Assembly (NCBI RefSeq): GCF_044704955.1
Contig: NC_091991.1
Span: forward strand, 55,862,001-55,926,000
Length of the DNA stretch: 64,000 bases
Reading direction: 5' to 3'
Origin: Pristiophorus japonicus
Taxonomy: Eukaryota
Positions 50,101 to 61,340 of this stretch are shown in pieces. Made by a program: the position numbers and the translations under genes. The notes under the pieces are model-generated. The model did not search any database. It was given only the letters and a program-made list of their open reading frames with translations, and was not told where the DNA came from. The first letter of the stretch is position 1; each line of letters opens with the position of its first letter.

Positions 50101-53100
50101 GAGGTATATGGGGTGCACATATTTACCACAAAGTGTCCCCCGATAATGCTGAAGATTGAATTAAATGGACTCCCGGTGTCAATGGAGCTGGACATGGGCG
50201 CGAGCCAGTCCATAATGAGACTTTCGATAAATTGTGGTGCAGCAAGGCTTCAAGGCCAGTGCAGACTCCCATTCGTACTAAACTGAGAACGTACACAAAG
50301 GAACTGATTCCCTTAATCGGTAGTGCTACTGTAATGGTCTCCTACGGTGGAGCGGTGCACAATTTACCATTCTGGGTGGTACCGGGCGATGGCCCCACGC
50401 TGTTCGGCAGGAGCTGGCTGGGAAAGATACGCTGGAACTGGGACGACGTCCGAGCGCTCTCGTCCGTCGATGACACATCATTTGCCCAGGTCCTAAACAA
50501 GTTCCCCTCGCTGTTCGAACCGGACATCGGGAAGTTCCAAGAAGCAAAAGTGCAGATCCACCCGATTCCGGTGGCGTGACCCATCCATCACAAGGCGAGA
50601 ACGGTATCGTACATGATGAGAGAGGGCGGAGATCGAGCTGGACCGGCTGCAATGAGAGGGCATCATTTCGCCGATCGAATTCAACGAGTGGGCCAGTCCG
50701 ATTGTTCCCGTCATCAAGGAAGACGGCACCTTCAGAATCTGTGGTGATTACAAAGTAACTATCAATCGTTTCTCCCTGCAGGATCAATACCCACTACCAA
50801 AGGCAGACCACCTATTTGCGACGCTGGCGGAGGAAAAACGTTCGTGAAGCTGGATTTGACCTCGGCCTACATGATGCAGGAACTGGAGGAATTATCGAAG
50901 AGCCTCACCTGCATCAAAACACACACAAAAGGTCTCTTCATTTACAACAGATGCCCGTTTGAAATGCGATCAGCCGCGGCGATATTCCAGAGGAACATGG
51001 AAAGCTTACTGAAGTCGGTCCCGCGCACTATGGTCTTCCAGGACGACATCTTGGTTACAGGTCAGGACACAGTCGAGCACCTGCAGAACCTGGAGGAAGT
51101 TCTTAGTCGGCTTAATCACGTGGGGCTCAGGTTAAAACGTTCAAAGTGTGTTTTCCTGGCGCCTGAAGTGGAGTTCCTGGGGAGAAGAATCGCAGCAGAT
51201 GGCATCAGGCCCACCAATTCGAAGACTGAGGCAATCAAGAACGCACCAAGACCACAGAACGTGATGGAGCTGCGGTCGTTTCTAGGACTCCTAAACTACT
51301 TTGGTAGCTTCGTACCGGGTCTTAGCATACTGTTAGAACCACTGCATTCTTTACTGTGTAAAGGAGACAAATGGGTATGGGGTAAAAGCCAAGAAAATGC
51401 CTTTGTAAAAGCTAGGAAACTGTTATGCTCAAACAAATTGCTTGTGTTGTATGATCCATGTAAGCGTTTGGTACGAGCATGTGATGTGTCGTCATACGGT
51501 GTCGGGTGTGTATTGCAACAAGCTAATGAATCTGGGAAATTGCAACCAGTTGCTTATGCATCCAGAGGTCTGTCTAAGGCTGTGAGGGCATGATCGAAAA
51601 AGAAGCGTTCGCGTGTGTTTATGGGGTAAAGAAAATGCATCAATATCTGTTTGGGCTCAAATTTGAATTGGAAACCGACCATAAGCCATTGATATCCCTC
51701 TTTTCTGAAAGGGGATAAATATGAATGCATCAGCCCGCATCCAGAGATGGGCGCTCATGTTGTCCGCATACAACTGTGAATGTAGGTGGAAGAATCATGA
51801 AAGGATTAATAAAATGGTTCTACGAATCAATAAGAAAATAAGAAAAGACAGAATTGGTTTCCCGTGAGAAAGTAGTGGACAAAGTCATCACTGATGAACA
51901 AGGGTTTATGGCCAGGACTTGATAAGGAACACATTTGCTTCGTGTGATTAAGCTGGGCTATTCCGCTCGTAAAAGCATAAAGTGTTCTAAAGATAAACAG
52001 ACTGTCAATTCATGAAGCCCTAGTAACAACTGTGATTAATGAAGCAGGCTATACCTCCTTCGGTTTGTAAGAATAAAAGGGATGCGTCTGTGAGGATAGG
52101 CAGACCTTTTGCCTGCCTGCCCCGGAATCTGTAGACTCTGTGCTGGCAGTTTGGTAACAGGTCCGAAGCTGCTTCAATAAAGACGTAAAGATTGAAGGTA
52201 TCTGACTCGATTATTGTCGAATGCAGCTGACCACCCGAACTAGGACTTAACACAACTACGCTATCCGCCACAGGCCAGACACAGAAAACTGTGCCGATAA
52301 TCCCAGTAGGCTGCCATTGCCCACCACAGGGGTGGAGATGGCACAGCCCGCAGATTTAATTATGGTAATGGAAGCATTCGAGAGTGAGCAATCACCTGTT
52401 ACCACCCGATTCTAACCTGGATGAGCCAGGACCCCTTACTGTCCCTAGTAAAAAAAGTGTGCTCCACGGGAGTTGGTCTAGCGTCTTGTTAGAAATGCAG
52501 GAAGAAATAAAGCCATACCAGTGGCGCACAGATGAAATGTCCTTACAGGCAGACTGCCTCCGATGGGGTAATTGGGTAGTGGTACCAAAAAAGGGCAGGG
52601 ACACTTTCATCAATGATCTCCATAGCACCCACCCAGGCATTGTAATGATGAAAGTGATAGCCAGATCCCTCGTGTGGTGGCCCGGTATCGATGCAGACTT
52701 AAGAGTCCTGCGTGCACAAATGTAATACATGTTCACAATTAAGCAATGCACCCAGAGAGACGCCAATAAGTTTATGGTCTTGGCCCCCCCAAACCGCGGT
52801 CTAGGGTCCATGTCGACTATGCAGGCCGGTTCATTTGGAAACATGTTCCCAGTGGTTGTAGATGCGTACTCCAAATGGACTGAACGTGAGATAATGTCGG
52901 CATCCGCTGCCACCATTGAAAGCCTGCGGGCCATGTTTGCCACGCACGGCCTGCCTGACGACCTTGTGAGTGACAATGGGCCATGCTTCACCAGTACCGA
53001 GTTCAAAGAGTTCATGACCCGCAATGGGATCAAACATGTCACATCTGTCCCTTTAAACCAGCGTCCAATGGTCAGGCAGACAGAGCAGTACAAACAAACA

Positions 53101-56100
53101 ATCAAGCAGAGCTTGAAGAGGGTAACTGATGGCTCACTGCAGACTCACCTATACCAAGTCCTGCTTAGTTACCGCACAAGACCCCACCGGCTCACTGGGG
53201 ATCCCCCCGCTGAACTACTCATGAAAAGGGCACTTAAGACAAGGCTCTAGTTAGTCCACCCTGATCTACATGAACAGGTAGAGAGCAGGCGGCTTCAACA
53301 GAATATACATCATGATCACGTAAATGTGTCATGCGAAATCGAGATTAATGATCCTGTATGTGTGTTGAACTATGGACAAGGTCCCAAGTGGCTTCCCGGC
53401 ACTGTCGTGGCCAAAGAGGGGAGTAGGGTGTTTCTGGTCAAACTTTCAAATGGACTCACTTACAGGAAACACTTGGACCGGACCAAACCAAACTCAGATT
53501 CACGGACTATCCAGAGCAACCCACAACAGACTCTACCTTTTTTGACCCTCCAACACACACACCAGTGACAACCGACCCAGAGGTTGACCACAAAGCAGAA
53601 CCCATCACCCGCAACAACCCAGCAGGAACATCATGCCAGGCAGCCCAGCAGCCCAGCGAGGGCCCAACAAAACCAGCATTTGCACCGAGTTGATCAACCA
53701 GGGAAAGGAAGGCCCCGACTCACATTGTAACTAGTTACACAATTGACTTTTTGGGGGGGGGGGGGGGGGGTGGAGAAAAGAGAATTGTTGTTATATATGC
53801 AACCTGTAAATACCTTGTTTAACCACCAGAGGGCTCATCCCCTTGAGTCCCAAGGGATCTCTCAATCCTTGCGGAGCACCGGTACATAAGGAGGCCTCAC
53901 AGGCTGGCGAGGCACTCTGGAGACCGGTAATAAAGGACTACGGTCACACCTTACTTTGAGCTCACAGTATCTGGTCAGATTCTTTATTCCATACATAACA
54001 GATGTGATGTATTTGGACTTTCAAAAGGCTTTTGACAAGGTCCCACACAAGAGATTAGTGTGCAAAGTTAAAGCACATGGTATTGGGGGTAATGTGGTGA
54101 CGTGGATAGAGAACTGGTTGGCAGACAGGAAGCAAAGAGTCGGAATAAACGGGGTCCTTTTCAGAATGGCAGGTAGTGACTAGTGGGGTACCGCAAGGTT
54201 CAGTGCTGGGACCATCATCATCAAAGGAGGATGACTTACTTCCACGCCAAAAAGAGATGAGTTCACAGGTGTTTCAATGAAGGACCTAATATTCCAGATC
54301 CAGAACTACATGTTGAAGGGTGGAGGATGCCTGTGCGTGGATTTTTTTTAACGTGGGGTGGCCGTTGCACACCAGCCACCACACGGGCTTGACAGAGTTA
54401 GGTCTTGGTCCAGTGGCAAGGATTACCCAAGACGAACTGGAGACCAGCTCTGCTGCACAGACCGAATGCACACACATATCGCAGTGTGGGCTGGCCCGTG
54501 CTGCCCCTGGGCCCTCGCCTCTTCTGAGCCCCAGATTCATACCTCTCTTGGGCCCCGATCACTTTCCTCTATGGACTCTTGCCGCTCCTTTTCCCCTCCT
54601 GCTGTGCCTGCCCGCACTGCAATCAGTGACCTGGCTTCGTAACCATCGTACTCCTGCAGCAGCACGCGCTGCTCCCTCCAATGGCCCCAGCCTGCTGATG
54701 GCCTTGCAGGCTGGGACCGTACCCTGCTCCCTTCAATGGCCCCGGCTTGCTGATGGGACCCCAGCTATTTACAATATACATTAATGATTTGGACAAAGGA
54801 ATTGAATGTAATATCGCCAAGTTTGCAGATGACACTAAGCTGGGTGGCAGTGTGAGCTGTGAGGAGGATGCCAAGAGGCTGCAGAGTGACTTGGACCAGT
54901 TAGGTGAGTGGGCAAATGCATGGCAGATGCAGTATAATGTGGATAAGTGTGAGGTTATCCACTTTGGTGGCAAAAACAGGAAGGCAGATTATTATCTGAA
55001 TGGTGACAGATTGGGAAAATGGGAGGTGCAACGAGACCTGGGTGCCATGGTCCATCAGTCATTGAAGGTTGGCATGCAGGTACAGCAGGCGGTGAAGGCA
55101 GCAAATGGCATATTGGCCTTCATAGAGAGGATTTGAGTATAGGAGCAGGGAGGTCTTACTGCAGTTGTAGAGAGCCTTGGTGAGGCCACACCTTGAATAT
55201 TGTGTACATTTTGGTCTCCTAATCGGAGGAAGGACATTTTGCTATTGAGGGAGTGCAGCGAAGGTTCACCAGACTGATTGCCGGGATGGCAGGACTGACA
55301 TTATGAAGAAAGACTGGATCAACTGGGCTTATATTCACTGGATCGCATAGAAACATAAAATTCTGATGGGATTGGACAGGTTAGATGCAGGAAGAATGTT
55401 CCTGATGTTGGGGAATCCAGAACGAGGGGTCACAGTCTAAGGGCAAGAGGTAAGCCATTTAGGACCGAGATGAGGAGAAACTTCTTCACTCAGAGAATTG
55501 TGAACCTGTGGAATTCTCTATTATAGAAAGTTCTCTATCATAGAAAGGCCAATTCGTTAGATATATTCAAAAGGGAGTTAGATGTGGCCCTTACGGCTAA
55601 AGGAATCAAGGGGTATGGAGAGAAAGCAGAAATGAGGTACTAAAGTTGCAAAAATGATTAGCCATGATCATATTGAATGGTGGTGCAGGCTCAAAGGGCC
55701 GAATGGTCTATTCCTGCACCAATTTTCTATGTTTCAACCATTTAGGGCTGAGAGGAGAAGAAATTTCTTCACTCGAAGAATTCAAAGTCTTTGGAATTCT
55801 CCAGCCCAGAGGGCTGTGGAAGCTCAAGTGCTGAGTATATTTGAGGCCAAGGTGGAGAGATTTTTGGATACCAAGAGAATCCAGGGATATGGGGATATTA
55901 CAGGAAGGTGGAGTAGAGGTCGAAGATCATCATGGAATTGAATAGCAGAGTAGGCTCAAATGGTCTATTCCTGCTTTTCTTATGTTCGAACGTTAAACAG
56001 CGGGGGTAATCAAACAAATAGACGATTTTTTTTAAAAAAGGACTTGGATTAATTCGTTGATAAAGGGAGATCAAGGGGCATCAGTTCTAGAATTGGGGAA

Positions 56101-56383
56101 GAAATCTGATCAAAGGTTGGAAGAACCAATGGTTGTCGCTCCTCCGCTCCTCCTCCCCCCGCCCAAAACATACATTGGTGTGTTACTAGAATCTTCCACC
56201 CCTCACCCTTCCTCCTCTCACGGCCACAACAGGATTTTCTCTGAACCGCAGCCTTTACAATGACCAGGCCCAGATACAAAACGCCAATACTCACCTCCTT
56301 TTGGGAGCCTTCCCCGGGCTCCGGGCCTGCAGTAGCCGGGCCCCGCTCCGTAGCGCGCCCCCGAAAGCCCTCAGCGGGGACAT
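44102..56383 (-). CDS. NDUFB2: NADH:ubiquinone oxidoreductase subunit B2 (CI-AGGG), complement(join(44102..44176,45388..45532,56295..56383)), 309 nt = 102 aa + stop
   Basis: [102 protein letters not shown]; matches remembered NDUFB2 ([15 protein letters not shown]...[20 protein letters not shown]); GT-AG introns, phases consistent. Confidence 0.95.
44355..44755 (+). mobile_element. L2 LINE 3' fragment
   Basis: cacccatcacccctgtgcgc.ctgacctaca...ccttcagctgccaaggccct...gaccaagcttt. Confidence 0.7.
44757..45050 (-). mobile_element. CR1 fragment
   Basis: Similar to 2490-2790 (ggtgcccagaattgaacac...aagcccaggatccc). Confidence 0.75.
45388..45532 (-). CDS. NDUFB2: NDUFB2 exon 2
   Basis: tttcccag|a gct ggt ggt; [15 protein letters not shown]...WHDPDAVF; donor ttt|gtgagt. 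Confidence 0.96.
46315..47560 (+). mobile_element. Two adjacent CR1 RT remnants (old ~46315-47020, younger ~47021-47560)
   Basis: [16 protein letters not shown]; ccaagtttactgacaatacaaagct...gagaggtgatctcattg. Confidence 0.7.
49691..50005 (+). mobile_element. CR1 3' tail nested in Gypsy gag-pol
   Basis: [12 protein letters not shown]...NLWNSLP and CR1 tail. Confidence 0.85.
51775..52252 (+). mobile_element. Solo LTR (478 bp) of an unrelated LTR element or ERV, inside Gypsy pol
   Basis: TG...CA ends, 4-bp TSD CAAC on both sides, AATAAA ~52176; host sequence rejoins as [10 protein letters not shown]. Confidence 0.85.
54214..54753 (-). mobile_element. Bipartite RTE-derived non-autonomous element (longest copy)
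   Basis: (ATC)n tail, same 3'/5' junction as the other copies, TSD TGGGACC at 54207-54213 and 54754-54760. Confidence 0.78.
55735..55987 (+). mobile_element. Additional CR1 3' tail
   Basis: [20 protein letters not shown]. Confidence 0.75.
56295..56383 (-). CDS. NDUFB2: NDUFB2 exon 1 coding part (mitochondrial targeting presequence)
   Basis: Kozak gcaccATG; Arg/Ala/Leu/Ser-rich peptide with no acidic residues; donor ag|gtgagt in phase 2, matching exon 2. Confidence 0.88.
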
Positions 56384-56720
56384 GGTGCCCGCTGTCTCCA
56401 AGCGCAGCCTCCTTCACCTCACAACAATCTCCTCTCTCACTGGCCAAGCCGCTAGTAACAGCACCCGCTATTGGTTAACACCGGCCGCCGCATTCATCCC
56501 GCGCGGGGGGTAGAGTCTACTAGAGGAAGGGACATCAGCTCCAAAATAAACCCTAAACAGCAGGTCCGCTTCTGTCAGTGCGCCCTCAGCACTAGTGAAA
56601 GAAGCGGTTCGACACTGAGCTCAATGGAGGAATTCAGCTTCCCTTGTCTGTGCCGATGGTCTGTGCCGGTACCCGCCGGTTGGTGCGGCCCGGGGAACTG
56701 CCTCATCAAACCATCAGTGC
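56300..56720 (-). promoter_or_regulatory. NDUFB2: CpG-island promoter of NDUFB2
   Basis: CpG-rich unique patch over exon 1; minus-strand CCAAT at ~56470; GC-rich tract ~56500. Confidence 0.75.
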
Positions 56721-56727
56721 CTGGCGA

Positions 56728-59700
56728 TAGAAACAGAAAATGCTGGAAATACTCAGTAGGGCACGCAGCATCTGTGGAGAGAGAAACAGAGTTAACGTTT
56801 CAGGTCGATGACCTTTCGTCAGAACTGGAAAAGTTAGAGATCGAACAGATTTTAAGCAACTACAGAGACAGGGAAAGTGGGGAAGACAACATGATGGGGT
56901 GGAGGGCAGCAGAGATTAAAAGACAAAAAGGGGTAGTAATGCAAGTTAAAAGGAGCTGGTAATGAGACAAGTTAAGAAGCAAAATATGGATCTAGAAGAG
57001 CTGTAAATGGCAATCATCACCTGCTATCTGAAAAAAAATAGGGGCAGAGGTTATGGTCTGAAATTGTTGAATTCATCATTATAGTCAGTCCCTCGGAATC
57101 GAGGAAGACTTGCTTCTAAAAATGAGTCCTTAGGTGGCTGAACAGTCCAATATGAGAACCACAGTCCCTGTCACAGGTGGGACAGATAGTTGTTGAGGGA
57201 AAGGGTGGGTGGGACACGCTCTTTCCGCTGCCTGCGCTTGATTTCTGCATGCTCTTGCCGATGAGACTCGAGGTGCTCAGCGTCCCCTCGGATGCACTTC
57301 CTCCACTTAGGGCAGTCTTTGGCCAGGGACTCCCAGGTGTCGGTGGGGATGTTGCACTTTATCAAGGAGGCTTTGAGGGTGTCCTTGAAACATTTCCTCT
57401 GCCCGCCTTTGGCTCATTTGCCATGAAGGAGTTCTGAGTAGAGCACTTGTTTTGGGAGTATCGTGTCAGGCATGTGAACAATGTGGCCTGCCCAGCGGAG
57501 CTGATCGAGTGAGGTCAGTGCTTCAATGCTGGGAATGTTGGCCTGGTCGAGGACGCTAACATTGGTGTGTCTGTCCTTCCAGGGGATTTGCAGGATCTTG
57601 CGGAAACATCATTGGTGGTATCTCTCCAGCGACTTGAGGTGTCTGCTGTACATGGTCCATGTCTCTGAGCCATACAGGAGGGCGGGTATTACTACAGCCC
57701 TGTAGACCATGAGCTTGGTGGCAGATTTGAGGTCCTGGTCTTCGAACACTTTTCCTCAGACAGCCGAAGCTGCACTGGGGGCAGTGTTGAATCTCGTCGT
57801 CAATGTCTGCTCTTGTTGATGAGAGGCTCCCGACGTATGGGAAATGGTCCATGTTGTCCAGGGCCATGCCGTGGATCTTGATGACTGGGGGGCAGTGTTA
57901 TGCAGCGGGGACAGATTGGTGGAGGACCTTTGTCTGATGGATGTTTAGTGTAAGGCCCATGCCTCAGTGAATATGTTGACTATGACTTGGAGTTCAGCCT
58001 TTGTATGTACGCAGACGCAGGCGTCGTCCGCGTACTGTAGCTCGACGAAAGAGGTCGGGGTGGTCTTGGATCTGGCCTGGAGACGATGAAGGTTGAACAG
58101 GTTCCCACTGATTCTGTAGTTTAGTTCCACTCTAGCAGGGAGGTTGTTGAGTGTGAGGTGGAGCTTGGCAGCAAGGAAGATTGAGAAGAGGATTGGCGCG
58201 ATGGCGCAGCCCTGTTTGACCCCGGTCCGGATGTGGATTGGGTCTGTAATGAATCCGTTGGTAAGGATTACGGCTTGCATGTTGTCATGGAACAGGTGGA
58301 GGATGACGATGAACTTTTGGGGGCAGCCGAAACGGAGGAGGACGCTCCATATACACTCGCGGTTGACAGTGTTAAAGGCCTTTGTAAGGTCAAAGAAGGC
58401 CATGTACAAGGGTAAGTGCTGTTACCTGCATTTTTCTTGCAGCTGTCGTGCTGTAAAAATCATGTTCGATGTACCCCGTAGGGGACGAAATCCGCACTGT
58501 GACTCCGGGAGGAGCTCCTCAGCCACAGGGAGAAGATGGTTCAGGAGGACTCTAGCGACGACTTTCCCAGTGGCTGATAACAGGGAAATTCCTCTGTAGT
58601 TGCCGCAGTCGGACTTGTCCCCTTTTTTAAAGATGGACACGATTACTGCATCTCAGAAACCTCCCGGCATGCTCTCCTCCCTCCAGGTGAGAGAGATGAG
58701 GTCATGAAGTCGGGCCATCAGTGCCTCTCCGCCATACTTCAGTGCCTCAGCGGGGATTCCATCCGCTCCCGTAGCCTTGTTGTTCTTAAGCTGTCTTACG
58801 GCTTTTTCTATCTCGTGCAGGGCTGGGGTTTTACTGAGGTGTTGCGGGATGGAGTCGAGGACACTCGGATCAAAGGCAGAGTCTCGGCTGAGGAGATCTT
58901 TGAAGTGCTCCTTCCAGTGGGCCCTGACTGCCTCGGTGTCCTTGATGAGTGTTTCCCTGTTCTTGGCCAGCAGTAGAGTGGGGCCTTGGGTGTTTGGGCC
59001 GAAGGTGGCCTTGACTGCGGTGAAGAATCCTCGCACATCATGGCTGTCGGCCACTTGCTGTATCTCCTGTGCTTTCTCCATCCACCATCTGTTCTTTAGG
59101 TCACGAGTTTTTTGTTGGACCTCGGCCGTAAGCCGTCTGTAATGCGGCCTTGCTGCTCCCAAGTTGGGGTGTTGTTTAAGGCTCAGAAATGCCCTGTGTT
59201 GCGATCTATTAGCTCTTGGATCTCCTGGTCATTCTCACCAAACCAGTCCTGGTGTTTCCTGGTTGAGTGACCGAGCGTCTCTTCGCTGGCACTGGTTATG
59301 GAGGCCTGGAGGGCAGACCAAGCGCTGTGGGCATTCTGCATCTCGGGGTCACCAAGGCATGCTAGATTGGCAGTGAGGCGCTGACTGTTTAGGGCTCTTA
59401 CCTGGGTCTTTGAGTGCCCCGGCATTGACTTTTTTGTGACACTGCTTCTACTGCAGTCGCTGCTTTGGAGCTATGTTGATGTTAATGATGGAAGGATTAT
59501 GTGGCAGTCCGTTCAGCAGTCGTCTGCTCCTGTCATGGCATGGGTGATGCGCACATCCTTGCGATCCCTAGCTCGGACGATGACATAGTCGAGCAGGTGC
59601 CAGTGTTTGGAGCGATGGTATTGCCACGATGCCTTGTAATTGTCCCTCTGGCCGAACAAGGTGTTGGTGATGACAAGGTCATGTTCTAGATATTTTGTTA

Positions 59701-61340
59701 GGAGCAGGGTATCGCTGGATTTGGTTTTCCCTACCCCCTCTCTGCCGATCACGCCTCCCCAGAGGTCTGTGTCCTTGCCGACCCTGGCGTTGAAGTCACC
59801 AAGGAGGATCAGTGAGCAGAACAGGGATTTTTTGAGGCTGGAGTAAAAACCCTCTTTCGTCTAATCTGTCGCATTGAGTGTTGGGGCTTACACGTTGATG
59901 ACTGTGGCACATTGATTCCAGGATAGGGTGAGTCGGAGAATCATTAGATGTTCGTTAATCCTGCAGGGGGAGTCTTTGAGGCGGTCGACCAGCTCATTTT
60001 TGATAGCGAAACCGACTCTGTGGAGGTGACGTTCTTCCTCTGGTTTCCTTTTCCACAAGAAGTTGTAACATCTACCTTGATCCTTGAGCTGGCCTTCCCC
60101 TGCCTGCTGGATCTCGCTTAGGGCGGCGATGTTGACATCGAAGCGTCTAAGTTCGCGGGCAACTATGGTGGTGCGGCATTCCGGCCTGTCGCTGTTGGGA
60201 GTTGTCCATGAGGGTCCTGATGTTCCAGGTCCCAAACTTCATGTTAAAGGAGTGGAAGATGCCTCTGCGTGAGTTCTTTTAACGTGGCGTGGCCGTTGCA
60301 CACTGGCTACCACATGGGCTTATCTCAGCAAGGTCTTGGTCCAGTGGTAAGAGGATCCAAGATGACTGGAGACCAGGCACTGCTGAATGAGCCTAGTTGC
60401 CTACAGCAAAATGTTGGCCGCAAGCTCGGCGCTGAGTAGCGCCCTTCGGTGAGATGATAGATGTTCCGAGGTTTGCCTGGAGGCAGGCATTGGGAAGGTC
60501 AGTGGTCCACTAGTGTTCAGAGTGGAAGGAGGTCAGGGTGATCACAGCCATTGTGCTCACCACGTGCTGGAGGAGAAGATGGATGCACCAGTCAGGTCAT
60601 CAGTGGAGAAGGAAAGGTCCAGTCGTTGCTGAAGGGGAGGAGGCCCGATCGCCATTGAAGGTGGAAGAAGGGTATTTGAGCTTGCCTACAACTAGCTGAC
60701 CTCCTGGGCCTGGTCAGCAGACTTTACACATGACTCAAGTTTGGGCCATCGTAGGCGCAGAAGTACTTTTCTCCCTGTTCGCCAGCAGCATTGCCTGGGA
60801 AATCAATTGGCCCTTCTGGGAGACTCCCGGGTAATCAGGGAGGGTTGGCAATTACCCTTTGTTTTTGACTCGATTTTTTAAAAAAGCTTTGGAAGGGAAG
60901 AGTTGAAGAGAACTTTCATCTTGCTACTTGCCGAAGGAGAGAGAGGGAAGGAACTACACATCGAAGTGCCCTGATCCTGTAAACCTGGGAATCAGCAGAC
61001 CAGGGTTACGGTGCCTATGCTCACTGAATCTGTGGAGGGACAATCACTTGAACAGAAGAACAGTTTTTGTTGGATTTTTGGTCCTTATTTAATTCAATGT
61101 TGCTGTAAAGTGCTTGATCGAAAGATGAGGTGCTGTTCCTCGAGCTTATGTTGAGCTTCGTTGGAACAGTGTAGGTGGCCGAGGACGGAAAGATCAGAGT
61201 GGGAGTGGAGCAGAGAATTAAAGTGGCAAGCGACCGGAAGCTCGGGGTCACACTTCCGGACTGAACGGAGGTGATCCGCAAAGTGTTCACCCACTCTGCG
61301 TTTACTCTTCCTAATGTAGAGGAGACCACATCGTGAGCAC
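56728..61340 (-). mobile_element. Penelope-like element remnant (56728-57075 and 61091-61340) split by an RTE insertion
   Basis: GIY-YIG C-terminus GEHFADHLRSVRKCDPELPVACHFNS..HSHSDL...KLEEQHLIFR; 3' end aaatgctggaaatactcag...gcagcatctgtggag; AATTCA at both junctions. Confidence 0.75.
57076..60700 (-). mobile_element. Near full-length degenerate RTE-clade LINE (ORF start ~60242)
   Basis: MKFGTWNIRTLMD endonuclease start, LGDFNA, NYRGISLLS, PESQCGFRP, DLTKAFNTV, GVKQGC, QYADD; multiple frameshifts; 5' boundary uncertain (up to 61090). Confidence 0.9.

Larger units (their letters stand above)
48668..54000 (+). mobile_element. Near full-length degenerate Gypsy LTR retrotransposon (212-bp LTRs 48668-48879 and 53789-54000)
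   Basis: TSD GATGT on both sides, PBS TGGCGACAAG (48882), poly-G PPT, gag, protease LDMGA, RT FQDDIL, RNase [11 protein letters not shown], integrase SDNGPCFTS; many stops and frameshifts. Confidence 0.94.
47561..55730 (+). mobile_element. Long CR1 LINE (47561-48667 and 54001-55730) split by Gypsy and RTE-derived insertions
   Basis: [39 protein letters not shown]|[22 protein letters not shown]; continuous once inserts are removed. Confidence 0.88.

Noticed and set aside
50844-51593. 249-aa RT/RNase H ORF as an active or domesticated gene
   Set aside because: The surrounding gag-pol has many stops, frameshifts and insertions.
56049-56447. 132-aa minus-strand ORF MASERGDCC... as NDUFB2 exon 1
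   Set aside because: It starts at TTG and is in the wrong phase for exon 2. The ATG at 56383 gives the correct phase and a presequence-like peptide.
56471-56962. Plus-strand ORF or divergent gene from the NDUFB2 promoter
   Set aside because: No recognisable protein, no convincing donor site, and the 3' half is Penelope-derived.
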